Counted from the first letter of the stretch, positions 10,818 through 23,939 are shown. The stretch is DNA of 64,000 nt from Octopus sinensis (GCF_006345805.1 NC_042997.1:179180001-179244000), one strand, 5' to 3'. Numbers and translations: made by a program. Notes: generated from the sequence alone by a model not told the origin.

Positions 10818-12090
10818 GGACGGTTAAATTTTTTAAAGAATGCTGTAAATAGAGGAAATCTTGATAAATGTATTTATAATGGTACTAGCGGTAGTATTAA
10901 TAGCGGTTGTTATACTGTTGCTATAATGAACATGGCAGTATTATTCCTCTAATTAGCAATATCGCACGTCATGTTCCCTTCCAGTTTTAAATTTCATTAG
11001 TGACATGACACCTAGCTATGTTCCGACTAAAATCCAAGTGCTTTCGCGGTGCTTGAACAAGCGATTTACAAAACATTTATGAATCTACCAAGTACAAGCT
11101 AAGATTATCGATATGATCCTTTAGGCAGTTGTTTTTAGAAAATCTACACTTGAATTCCAACTTAAACATGTAACGGTTTCAGAAGTTTATAAGTGAAAAT
11201 TTAATTTCTAGTATAGCAATACCCTGTGATAGAAACATATAACCACATAAAAAAATCAAACGATATCTTTCCTTTCAAACTGTCACAATAGAAAATGCAG
11301 TATTCAAGAAAATAATGTATCAATGCAAAGGAGAAGCATCATCAACAAAGCTAAATGTTTGGAAGGACATATGTAGGTATAACATAGATATTCTGTCAGC
11401 AATGTTTTGATTGTTACAGATAATCCTTACAGAAAATTTAAGAACCTACTGTCTATGATAATTATGTGTGGCAAAAAGAATGGAAAAAAGGCGATTGCTA
11501 TCATTTGAGTGTTAAGCAACATTACATGAAGAATGTATCGCATTAAACCAAATCTGTCCTCTCAAAATTACACTTCAGAAAGCAGCCTGCAAATATAAAG
11601 AGCATAATATGCACTAACTGCATAGGAATAGATAAGATATTCACTTACAAATCGTTAGTTGAATGTTGGACCACCATTTTTGGAAACCAAGCGAAAATTA
11701 TGCGACATGAATAGAACTAAAAAAAGCAACACAAAGTATTGCAAGGGTAGCTTATTTGATAATTACTTAACACCGTTTACGATGCTGGAAAAGTTTTGTC
11801 ATTTGAAACCTTCAAAGTAATTGTTGATAAATGTGTTGTATAGTATACACAAAGATATCTTTCACTCTCAACGTTCTCTTAAACAATTAAGACCAAGTGC
11901 TTAGATAGCTCTCTTTACTTTTATGACAACAAAGAAATGTAAGTAAAGACCATCGTATAGCCACCACAGCAACACTTGTCTGACAGTCATTTGCAAAATG
12001 TTTTCCTGAGTATCATCCGACAGTATGACTGAATGATTGCTTAAGAAGCTGCTGATGTAGCACGCTGCTCGAAATAACGAGCTCGATTAA

Positions 12091-12506
12091 GGCGGTGATT
12101 TGGCAGAATCGTTAGCACGCTGGGCGAAATGCTTAGGAGTATTTTGTCTCCCGCTACGTTCTGAGTTCAAATTCCACCGAGGCCGACTTTGCCTTTCATC
12201 CTTTCGGGGTCGATGAAATAAGTACCAGTTGCGCACTGGGGTCAATGTAATCGACTTAATCCGTTTGTCTGTCATTGTTTGTCCCCTCTGTGTTTAGCCC
12301 CTTGTAGGTAGTAAAGGAATAGGTATTTCGTCTGCCGCTACGTTCTGAGTTCAAATCCCGCCGAGGTCGACTTTGCCTTTCATCCTTTCGGAGTCGATAA
12401 ATTAAGTACCAGTTACGCACTGGGGTCGATGTAATCGACTTAATCTCTTTGTCTGTCCTTGTTTGTCCCCTCTATATTTATCCCCTTGTGGGCAATAAAA
12501 AAAATA
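12091..12506 (+). mobile_element. SINE family B tandem dimer (Tx1-like tail)
   Basis: A full head-body-tail unit, then a second unit restarting at ggtatttcgtctgccgctacg (12322). Ends ggcaataaaaaaaata. Confidence 0.9.
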
Positions 12507-12704
12507 AGAATCGTTAGTATGCTGGATATAAAGCTTAACAGCTTTTCTTCCGTCTTTACATTGTGCGTTCACATTTCACCGCGGTTGCCTTTACTTTTCA
12601 TCCGTTCGGAGGAGACAAAATAAGTTCCATTTGAGCACTGGTGCCGAAGTTATTCACTTACCCCTTTCTCCTAAAATGACAGGCCTTGTGTCAAACTTTG
12701 AAAC
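12507..12704 (+). mobile_element. Older SINE B' copy, interrupted in its head by the B dimer
   Basis: Starts agaatcgttagtatgctgg (head sequence from about nt 15 on), diverged body, B'-type tail aggccttgtgtc...gaaac. Confidence 0.75.
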
Positions 12705-14040
12705 GAAAATAACATGATTGATTAGAAAGAATTTGATTTGATCTTCCATACCAAACTAATGCAAAAATATTTCATCTAAGTTCTGTTGTTCACTTCTCAA
12801 CTTTACCGACTTCTATTTTCAAGGAATTTGCTGATTTTCTCTGTCATTGTCTTTAATTAATATTTTGATAATAGTATTCTTGCTCATCTGTAGTTACTCG
12901 AAAATTTTGTTATTCGGTAGAGGCTTTCAGCTGGCAATCTATCATCTGTTGCTGGCGCTGTCATATATTTTACATTCCTTTGATTGTTGCTTCCGTTGTT
13001 TTTGCCGTGTGTATTTAGCTATTGTTCTTGCTGTAGATGTATGTTTAGTAGGAAAAAGAGTTGTCACTCAACACTCTTTTAGGTAAGAGAAGGGTTGTCA
13101 AATGAGTCTGTAGATTCTTATTTAGGTGATTATCCTTTATATCCGTTGTTCCTTTCCCAAAAATTTGTACAAAGCAGTTTACAAATAATTTTTCTAAGTA
13201 TTTAAAAACTGAATTTTGGAGCGGCCATAAAAAAAATAATTCTCCAGTGAAAAGTATAAAATTTTATTCAAAACCATTGGCATTTTTTGTAAGCAGAAAC
13301 AATTTTTAGTAATCGTAATCATCCTTGTTAAACCTTAACATTTCTATGCATGATTTGCAATGTGTTTCACATTCTTGGTTTACGAAAGGAATTTCTTGAT
13401 GTATTCCTGAAACCGTGAGAATACTATTAATGAGACGGCGTATTTCTCTTTCTATCTTCTGTAAGGGCAAAAAACTGAATTTCTGTTGACAACCACGTTG
13501 CTTTGACTTCTGAGGAAGAAAAAAAAATGGAAAAGGAAAAGAATAAAATTCTTTAAGATTTAGTATTTTCCTTCTAATTGAAATGTTCTTTCATTTTATG
13601 GCTGCCTCTCATATTTGTTAAAAATCGTTGTATGGAATCGAAAACTGAAAATTCGTCACAACATAGAAGATATTCTCACTTTGAGATCGCATAAATAGCT
13701 GTGTTTATGTTTTTATTTATTTTTCTTTTTAGAGATGAACAAGAAAAAATAAAAAAAAACATCTCGTTCAAAGGACATCACATTTGACGTTCGACTGATC
13801 AAATTTTTCGCATTTTTATATCGAATGTTTGTGTGAGTATAAGTGCTCGAGAGAGAGAGAGAGAGAGGGGGGGAGGTGGAGTGAGGGAAAGAAAGAGAGA
13901 TTATAACTTTTCCATAGAAATGATATTACAAGCAATGAAAAAAAATGTGATGAAACAATAATAGACACTATGTTAAAAGGACTCTATATTAAAAGAAAAT
14001 ACAGAATTACGTAAAAAAATATTGGAAACAAATTTGAAGG

Positions 14041-14215
14041 ATGACAATAATGATGATGATAGTGGTACTGGTGGTGATGATGATAGTGGTACTGGTGGTG
14101 ATGAAGGTGTTGGTGGTGTGGATGATGATGAGGATGGTGATGATGAAGAAGATGGTGATGTTGGTGGTGGTGATGAAGATGGCGGTGGTAGTGCTGAGAC
14201 AGGCGATTATGATGT

Positions 14216-14249
<34 letters not shown>
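14041..14249. repeat. Compound (GAT)n/(GGT)n trinucleotide repeat
   Basis: Read directly; explains the D/G-rich and M/V-rich ORFs in the track. Confidence 0.9.
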
Positions 14250-14252
<3 letters not shown>

Positions 14253-16689
14253 AATGCGGAGATGGGGAGGGATTTCGGCGAAGGAAGAACAGGTGAAAGT
14301 AGAACGGAATAATTGTTATCACTTTCTTACTGTACCATAAATTTCTAAACCTGATCTAAGAGTAACCAGTACTGGACAATATAAGATTCGGAAACACCAC
14401 TATCAGCCTTATAGATACTAAGCATCTTTACTGTTCATAACTTCTAAAGCAGTTGTTGCAAAACAGAATACGTTTATTATGCATTCTAAGACACAAATAT
14501 AAAAAAAAATTATCGGAAAAAAATATTCTTTACAACAAAGATGAATAAAATAACCATTTCTAGTAATATTTTGCTATCATTATAATAACAAGCGTTATAT
14601 TAATTTCAAGGTATAGTATGGTTATAAATTTGCTACCATACAATATTTTTCCTTATTTAAGTTTTAGATGAAACAATACAGACTTTCACTGGAAATTATC
14701 AAATAAGTCGCTATTTTCTACGATTTAGCGGGGTTTAAGTCTCGTCGCTTGATCTATCCAGTGCAGCCTAAAAATTTTCCTTAAAAGATAAAGTTGCTCA
14801 GTTTAATATTTAGACATTGCGCGTCTTAAATAGTTATATACTATGAATCTCGGTATCGAACCAATAAATAATCTCATTTATTAAATGATGTACATTTTTT
14901 TTCAAACAAAGCTGGACGAAATGAAAAATAAAACGTCCCAAAACAATATTAACTGGTTGGTGTTTACTCCTACATTAACTTACAAACGTTTCTTAGAAGG
15001 CTTATTGCATTAATATAAAACAAGGAACGAAATAATTCTCAGTTAATTTGTATGTCTAACTGAAATTGTTAACATTCAAACACATTCAATACAAAGAAGT
15101 TGATAAGCAAAATATCATGGGAAATGCATCTCTGCAAGTATAAGTTATGTAACATTCCTTACACTGTAAATTTCCGTAAAATTATATAAACTGTAATGCG
15201 TGTTTAATTTTCCCTAAGGTAGGGTAGATTTGCGACTTGTTAAAAAGGAAACTAAAAAAAGTCGCTAAAATATCGCTTGTATTTTTGTTTCAGAAAATTC
15301 GATCATAGGTTGTCGACATACATACCAACGCAGCGCCCTGTCTACTATTACGTACATGCAATCTAGATTACACTACCGATTATTTGGCATTGGAAATCAT
15401 GTTCCACTGCCTGGTGCATGTAGTTTCACTAACTCATCTTAAGGTGGAGACAGACACGCTGACAATAAACGTTTAGATCTGAACAGAAGAATACTTACAT
15501 CGCAAGTAAATAGATTCACACACACACACACACACACACACGCGCGCAGTTTTCTTAAAGGTCGGAAATCATTCTAATTGGTACCTTGTGATTGATAATC
15601 GACAGAGCACACATAACAAAGAGCCGCCAACATCTGAACACAAGTATACCCAGCCCAGGTAGAATGGAAGATGATCCAACTGCCGGTCCATCACTGATAT
15701 CCGGTAAACACATATCATAAATCAAAGTCAGTCACATCTGAATACAATAGTGCTAGCTAGTAAAACAGCTGGTATTTAACGCTTGATTAGTTACAGTTCA
15801 GTTCCCATACAAGTTACTCTTTAAATAGCCAGTCAATTTTGCCCTAATTACTACGCTTCAATAGCAGGCATTTGAAAGACTCATTTAAATAACGGGTGCT
15901 CAAGTCTTGTGATACTGGAAGATTTATGCCATCATATTAAATCAACCTGCAATCCGTATAGAGATTTTGAAAAACAAAAATGAATCAACAAATTTATAAG
16001 TGGGATTTCCATTATTTTATGTTAGGATACATATGGAGTAAATAATCAAACTTTTGCTTACAGTAATAGGCTGCTTGTGGACCTGGAAAGGACACACTGG
16101 ATGCTTTTACTCCTTGAATTGCGAACGCCATTTGTCATTGAGATAAACGAATAAATATCGTTATTCTATGCTATTCAGACAAGTGAAAATTTTATGGGGA
16201 ATTTACTTTTGAGAAAGGAAAGAAAAAGCAAGTATAGAATAAATGAACATAGCATTACAACGTTAAAACAAAACCTACTGAAAATTTATGTGAGTATAAA
16301 TATATTTGAACGTTTTCAAAATATTTTATCTCTGAAATTCTTATTTTAAAGAGTAATTTATAGAACTATATTCGCAACATATGTAGGTACGTATGTATGT
16401 ATATATGTATGTATGTGTCTATATTATATATGTGTGTGTGTGTATGTGTATTTATGTATGTGTGGAGACACAGTCGCGCATAAATAATACATATACGCAC
16501 ACACAAATACTTATACACAAACACCTCTTGTATAATGCATATAAATGAAAGTGAATATATGTATACATGTAAAACTTATAGATAATGAGACAGTTACACA
16601 AAAATATTCACAGCAATAAAGATATCCTTAAGCACGCATGTATATATATATTCACACACACAGACACACACGCGTATGTATGAATGTGT

Positions 16690-16702
16690 ATGTATGTGTA
16701 TG

Positions 16703-16753
<51 letters not shown>

Positions 16754-16793
16754 ATATACACACACACACACACACATACACACACACATATAT

Positions 16794-16837
<44 letters not shown>

Positions 16838-16840
16838 CAC
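16690..16840. repeat. (TA)n/(CA)n compound microsatellite
   Basis: Read directly. Confidence 0.95.
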
Positions 16841-16841
16841 A

Positions 16842-17205
16842 CTAGCAGAAATATGCGGCGTTGTTACCCGGGTTGAAGAAAATAATGAAATTTTTAAACA
16901 CCGTGTAGATTACGCACGTCTCAACTGCTAGTTGCTGAGATACCGAGTTTCTATGTAACTCTGCAACCCATGCCAACATGGAATATAAACGTTAAGGGAA
17001 ATGTGAAAAGGAAGTGTTCAACTCATATATGTATATTAAGTAAATACACGTTTGTCTAACTTATTTCGTAACCAAAAAAGAGGTACAGATTATAAACAAT
17101 GAAAGGCCGTGCTCATAGTACACACACACACACACACACACACATACGCACACTAAAACAGACAGCGAATATATCACGTTACTGTTGACCTTTTATATAC
17201 AGAGA
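16842..17205 (-). mobile_element. Non-autonomous Helitron-like element with both termini
   Basis: Minus strand: a|TCTCTGTATATAAAAGG...(TG)n ... CCCGGGTAACAACGCCGCATATTTCTG-CTAG|t. It has a 5' TC, a 3' CTAG with a decayed GC-rich subterminal hairpin, an A^T insertion site and no TSD. Confidence 0.65.
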
Positions 17206-17289
17206 TATCCATTCACTCATGTCAGTTGAATAGTGCAAGTGTAATAGTACTACTTTAATTCTCAATGGTTTTTCACTTCTGTACATGAC

Positions 17290-17766
17290 TAATTTGCATT
17301 AGTACAAATTTCTTCCTCTTCCCCGACCTTGGATGATCATAACTTATAGAAAAATGGATATTCGTTCATGAAATTTTCTGTGCTACATCATGCAGATTGT
17401 GCGGTAAATGTTTCGGAGGGATGAGGTGGGGAATTTGCGAAAATTCACCGGAGTCCACGTCAGTTCGTCTTTAACTTTCAACAAAATGGATATTTTATAA
17501 TAAAATTCTTTAGAAATATTCCGCGGACTATGACAATTCCGGGTACAAACGAAGTTTGAAGAAAAACAATTGAAGGTTACTTTTGAGAACTGTTCCCCAC
17601 TCGGGGATGTTTCGGAACAAGTCGACCATATTTGTTTCATTTTCTCCGTTTTGTGCGTTTGTGCATCCGTAGGTTTGTACCACATACAGACACGCACATA
17701 CACATATGCAATTAAAAAAGTTCAAACGAGGACTTATTCCTTTCAATATCATATTTATTATAGAGA
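17290..17766 (-). mobile_element. Helitron-like repeat copy 1
   Basis: The minus-strand 5' end reads a|TCTCTATAATAAATATG followed by a (TG)-rich tract. The body is homologous in inverted orientation to 18050-18300. Confidence 0.55.
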
Positions 17767-18049
17767 TTATGTAACAAATTATACTTTACACTTCTATATT
17801 TAACTGCGCGTGTATATTCCTTATTTTTGCATCTGGTATTTTCTGCCTTTCTACTAGAATTTACCCGGGAATTTACGGTAATTGAAAAAAAAATTCATGT
17901 GCAAAAGATAAGACTTTTTTTTTCAATGAGAAAGATTAGATCCCAGGTAAGTCGTTTTAGTAACATATTTCTGTGTACCAGACATTTACATGTTGTTTTT
18001 AGCATACTGGCTTCATTTGCCTTCATTGCGTGTCTGTTGCTTCAGTAGG

Positions 18050-18531
18050 ATTCTATGGTTGCACAAACGAATAAAACAGAGAAAATGTAAGAAATATGGA
18101 CGACCTTTTCGGAAACACCCGCGAGTGAGGAACAGGTCTCAAAGGTAACTCCCAATTGTTTTCCCCTACATTTCTATACCCTTGGAATCTACATAGTCCG
18201 AGGTATATTTCTAAAGGATTTCATAAAAAAATATCTATTTTCTTGAAGTGGACTCCGGTGAATTTTCAGAAATTTAACCCCCTCCTAAAACACTTATCCC
18301 ACAAAATTTTTATATTCGATGGGGGGCGGGGACAGAAAGATGTAGTTATACCGGCAAATTTGACACTTTCTTCATTGGCATCGTTATATATGTATACCGA
18401 AATACACGAGTGCAGAAGATAGTAAACAATGAATATAACATGGTAACGGAAATTAAATTTCTTAATACGACGGGCAGAAAGTAAATAAGAAATTTTAACG
18501 GAAAATAAATTATTGTACGGGTTGAAGCTAA
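18050..18531 (+). mobile_element. Helitron-like repeat copy 2
   Basis: gcacaaacg...gagaaaatg..aaatatgg.cgac...gagtg.ggaacag.tctcaaa.gtaac...catagtccg...gtggactccggtgaatttt is the reverse complement of 17440-17670. Possible decayed 3' end gtacgggttgaagcta. Confidence 0.55.
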
Positions 18532-19074
18532 ATGTGTCACTCAGTGAACCAAATAGCCAGAATCGAAGGAACCAGAAAGAAACCGTCAACAACAGAGAAA
18601 CACAAAACCGTGCGTATTGAAATGAAATTTATGAAGATTCTTCTGTCAGTAAATTATGCAATTATTTACATAAGTTGTCAGTAATTTGTCGTTGTTTGTA
18701 ACTAGCGATAGAAAGCTTAGACTTATTTGAAAACAGTAACATGTAAGTTAAAAATGACGTAAGAAAATTGAAAGTGAAAATAATAGATTGAGAGATATGT
18801 TACAGAGCGATAGAGATAGATAGACATAGATGGATAGAGATATATATATAGAGATATGTTATGCCACTGACGCTAGAAAACCGGAAGTCAATATTTTAAA
18901 AACTTTCAAAGACGTGAATATAATATGAAATGGAATATTCTTTTTTTTATTTTTTATAATTTTTACTAAAAATATCAAATGAACAGCTTATAATTTGTCT
19001 TAGGTGGAATTATTCATGCATGAGAAGTATGGAAGCAACTAGTGAAGACGTTTTCGCGTGAAAAGTGAATACGC

Positions 19075-19497
19075 ACTCTTTTACTCTTTTACTTGTTTCA
19101 GTCATTTGACTGCGGCCATGCTGGAGCACCGCCTTTAGTCGAACGACTCGACCCCGGGACTTATTCTTTGTAAGCCCAGTACTTATTCTATCGGTCTCTT
19201 TTGCCGAACCGCTAATTGACGGGGACATAAACACACCAGCATCGGTTGTCAAACAATGCTAGGGGAACAAACACAGAGACAAACACAGACACACAAACAC
19301 ACACGCACACACACACATATATATATCTATATATACATATATACGACGGGCTTCTTTCAGTTTCCGTCTACGAAATCCACTCACAAGGCTCAGGTCGGCC
19401 CGAGGCTATAATAGAAGACACTTGCCCAAGGTGCCACGCAGTGGAACTGAACCCGGAACCATGGGGTTGGTAAGCAAGCTACTTACCACACAGCCAC
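19075..19497 (-). mobile_element. SINE family A
   Basis: Reverse complement of the 10427 and 25173 copies, high identity. Confidence 0.92.
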
Positions 19498-19529
19498 AAA
19501 TCTTTATTTTATATATATATATATATATA

Positions 19530-19759
19530 TATTTCTTTACTGCCCACAAGGGGCTAGACATAGAGGCGACAAACAAGGACAGACAAAGGGATTAAGTCGA
19601 TTAAATCGACCCCAGTGCGAAACTGGTACTTTATTTATCGACCCCGAAAGGATGAAAGGCAAAGTCGACCTCGGCGGAATTTGAACTCAGAACGTAACGA
19701 CAGGCGAATTACCGGTAAGCGTTTCGCCCAGCGCTAACGTTTCTGCCAGCTCATTGCCT
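19530..19759 (-). mobile_element. SINE family B monomer (Tx1-like tail)
   Basis: Complete head-body-tail unit ending in (TA)n. Confidence 0.9.
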
Positions 19760-19792
19760 TTATATATGTATGTATGTATGTTTGTGTGTGTG

Positions 19793-19828
<36 letters not shown>

Positions 19829-19879
19829 TGTTTAGAATTAACTGTGCACATGTACATCAGCTCACACATGCAACTTATA

Positions 19880-20969
19880 AGTAAATAACATACTTGGATT
19901 TTAAAATGGCAAAATGAATCATTTTCATTTGCTTCGATAAATTTCCTACAGAGATCATAAATTCAGTTTGCTTCATAGAAGATTTGATCAGTTGCAGGGA
20001 TGCGTTGATATTTGCGTCAGAGAGGCCTTTAAAAGTAAATGAAGGCTTCTTGACAGATTTAATCTAGTCGACAGTAATTTGATGTAGATGGATATAGCAA
20101 ACTGGAAAATTGCTGCGAATTTCAAATTTATTACAGCTAAAGAATGCAGCACGACTTTAGCATAATATATGATATATATCTGTCTTAAATTTGGTCGATA
20201 CTATTAAAGAGTTAACACAAATACTGATGACAAATGAACCTCTGACACTTAAGGTGTTTAGATCAGAAAGATATTTTATTTTGTGCTGAGAGAGATTTAA
20301 ATTACGTTTGCGGTGTATTGGCCTGCATCTAAATAACAATATATAAATATTCTTTGGGAACAAATAGTTAAGCCTCAATTCCGTGACAGTTTCTGCCACT
20401 AGCAATACTGCTTACAGTCGTATAATATAATGCGTCATATGTCTGTTAGCATGCATCTGACACAGTTCACGGAATGAAAACATACACACCATTCCACACA
20501 TCATCCTCGGATTCTTTTAACATTGTCTTTGACCGCATATCGATAGTAGATTCACTTTTGGAAACGTATGCCATTTTCCTTCCATATATCTCTTCTATGT
20601 GATCATCAGATAAAGTGATGGTCATTTGATACTTGTACTATCGTTACGATTTTAATCGGGTTGACTCGTGTTAAATATTTCTCTCTAGTAATGCTAGTAA
20701 AGCTGCTACTGCTGCTATCTCCTGCAGTGCGAACGGCTTCATTTACAAATATATTCGTCAATTGCCATATTTTTCTATCTATTTTCCAAAACGCCTATAT
20801 CTGCGTTTGTAATTCTGTCTTGTATAACTTTATAGTTTTTCGGATTCTATTGTTCTCTGTGTGTCGGTGGTGGGGATGAGATGAGGATATGTTCGTTTCT
20901 ATTTTTGTAATTTCAAAATATACCGAGAAAAAATTGAATGGGTTCACGATTTTGCAATCTTAGCGGTTA
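19880..20969 (-). mobile_element. Possible very old piggyBac-like remnant
   Basis: TTAA|CCGC-type end at about 20962-20969 and faint similarity of FPKNIYILLFRCR to the PGBD DES..L.FKGR region. Weak. Confidence 0.2.
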
Positions 20970-21113
20970 ACAGGTAATATCGTTACCAGAAAACCCCACT
21001 AAACAGTTGTTTGGAATATACTGTACAAATAGTGAAAGGCAAAATATATATATTTAATTTCAAGTAAGTTTCACTGACGAAACTAGACTTGCGCGGAACA
21101 CGTCCACTGTTTA

Positions 21114-21390
21114 AAGATTGTTTGCCAACATAACATGACAATTTTGGTTTAGGACTAATATTGCTGTAATTTAGCCCCAGGAGACATCGTCTCCAGCTGG
21201 CTATACGACACGATCTGTGTCGTTATATTTTCGAACAAAGGAATCTATTACCCCCTCTAAGCTGAAAACAATATCTGTGTATCGTGATTTCCGGACAGAT
21301 CGTGTCGTACAGCCAGCTGGAGACGATGTCTCCTGGGGCCAAATTACAGTCCTAAACTAGGACTGCCATGTTATGTTGGCAAACAATCTT
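21114..21390. mobile_element. Fold-back element / MITE with about 100-bp inverted arms
   Basis: aagattgtttgccaacataacatg...tttaggact...ctgtaattt.gccccaggagacatcgtctccagctggct.tacgacacgatctgt and its near-perfect reverse complement at 21293-21390. No clear TSD. Confidence 0.85.
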
Positions 21391-21872
21391 ACTCCAAAGT
21401 ACTGTTGCTGAATATCGTTGTGAGATTTAAAAATGGTAATTTTCTAAATTCCATAGATGTTGTCCCTGGTCCTTTTAAGAACTATCAATCTTATCTCTTG
21501 GGATATTGATAAATTTCGAAATTTTAATTGTGTGTTTTTGACATAATCATCTCAAGTATTTGAGTGCCGCAGTCACTTAGTGACAGATGTACATTTTCTC
21601 TTTTTTATATTTAGAAGTAAACCCCAGTTACCTAGGAATTGCTTACGTGCGGTATTCAGAGCATCACATGTGGACATGTGTTTATAGCTTGCTTGGATCT
21701 TGGAGCTTATATGAAATTATTTGCATATTTATCCTTTCCGAGTCATGAATCGATAATTCTTTCTCACATTATTAGAAGTAGTGATATATTACTGGGGAGA
21801 TTGGAAGTCTATGCGCAAATATTGATATGTGATCAATAATTTTAACTAACTGCATATAGTATTAAATCATAT

Positions 21873-22285
21873 TACTCTTTTACTCTTTTACTTGTTTCAG
21901 TCATTTGACTGCGGCCATGCTGGAGCACCGCCTTTAGTCGAGGAAATCGACCCCGGGACTTATTCTTTGTAAGCCCAGTACTTATTCTATCGGGCTCTTT
22001 TGCCGAAACGCAAAGTTACGGGGACGTAAACACACCAGCATCGGTTGTCAAGCAATACTAGGGGGACAAACACAGACACACAAACATATACGCACACACA
22101 CATATATATATATACATATATACGACGGGCTTCTTTCAGTTTCCGTCTACCAAATCCACTCACAAGACATTGGTCGGCCCGGGGCTATAGCAGAAGACAC
22201 TTGCCCAAGGTGCCACGCAGTGGGACTGAACCCGGAGCCATGTGGTTGGTTAGCAAGCTACTTACCACACAGCCACTCCTGCGCC
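21873..22285 (-). mobile_element. SINE family A, full length
   Basis: Head ggcgcaggagtggctgtgtgg through to the (AGAGTAAA)n tail. Confidence 0.93.
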
Positions 22286-23108
22286 TATATGTGCATTTTA
22301 AATGACAATTCAGCCCCCATCATGAACAAAATAATAACCTGTATTCTTTTTATATTGGGACTTATTTTAAAAATGGTTTTGTAGAATAAGCAGACAATCA
22401 AACATTTCATGCAAGCGGCAATCTGACTCGTAAGTGGAGAATAATATATATGTTCCTTCTATCTCTGTCTCTCCCTCCGCACATATATGTGTATGTGCTG
22501 AAATAAATATGTACTCATATAAGTAACAATCCTGTTGGAAATCAAAGCTGTCCATTACATGTCATTTTCTGATACGATACGATTCACTAAATTAAAGCTA
22601 AACTTTTACTGGCTGTGAAACTCAGCATTTTACAACTAGATACACAACTTAAAAATTATACATGGAGATTATTCTAGGTAATCTTGTCCACTATCCATCC
22701 ATGCATTCACCATCTATCCATCCATCCGTCCGTCCGTCTGTCCGTTTGTATGTATGTCTGTCAGTCCATCTGTCTTCCTATTTTCCTACATCACTACCTT
22801 CCTCTCTATGTCATTACCCACTGGCCTGTATATCCGTACAGTAAATATGTTTGACTAGAAAACTAATTAAAATACCGCGCATGCGCAATCACTTTACCTG
22901 TGCCACAATGCATACCACACAACATCTAACTAGAGTAGCATATTAACACGACCATATAGAATACATAGATTTATATGGTCTCATATAATATTTAGCAAAA
23001 TACAAAGACCAAAACATTACGAAATCAAAGAACTTACTGAGAAGTTTACAGCAGAGTAACAGTAAATACGTGAACCAGAGCATTTATTTTCAAAGTATAA
23101 TCACTACC

Positions 23109-23489
23109 TTTTACTTGATTCAGTCATAAGACTGGGGCCATGCTGGGGCACATCCTTCAAAAATTTTTAGTCATACGAATCGACTCCAGTACTCATTTCT
23201 GTTTAAGCCTCGTAGATATTCTATCGATTGGGGACGTAAACAAACCAACATCAGTTGTCAAGCGGTAGTACGTAACAAAAGGCACACAAATACAAATACA
23301 CACATTTATACATATATACATACATAGGACCAGCTTCTTTCAGTTTGTATCGACTAAATTTCATCACAAGGCTTTGGTTGGCCCGAGGATACAGTAGAAG
23401 AAACTTGTCCAAGGTGCCACGCAGTGGGACTGAACCTAGAACTATGTGACAGGGAAGCAAACTTCTTACCACACAGCCACGCCTGCACC
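23109..23489 (-). mobile_element. SINE family A, older subfamily
   Basis: Colinear but diverged; the tail reads gtgccccagcatggccccagtcttatgactgaa. Confidence 0.85.
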
Positions 23490-23939
23490 ACAAGTCAGTA
23501 AACACAGTATTAGTTATTGAAGAATATTATTTTTTTTCTTCACCTTACATGTTTTTTCGAAAGAGATTCTGTAACTCATTAAATATGTTAACGCAAATTT
23601 GGACAGGAATTCAATAAACTCGAATTTACACCACTTGCGAGTATTGTTTAAGTTTTGATAAAAAATTATTATATAGCTATTTGGATATGTCATCGCTTAT
23701 TATCCCATGTATTACTTTAATGGAAATAAATGCATATCCTTACAAATAACATAGAATGACTGGTTACAAATCTGGATGTAAATCTATTCCATGTTCCCGC
23801 TTCTCCACACAGGGAATAAGAAAACTTTGTCTAAGTATCATGCAATAATATAATAATTTAAGTATAATTATTGTAATGTAAGAGCAAACACGTCCCTCTC
23901 TTCATCCACCCAAATATCCATCCATCTATCCATCCATCC

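Noticed and set aside
11030-12080. Possible decayed transposase or exon region
   Set aside because: No diagnostic motif could be read in any frame.
14022-14340. Acidic D/G-rich ORF
   Set aside because: Entirely explained by a (GAT)/(GGT) microsatellite; non-ATG start and no splice support.
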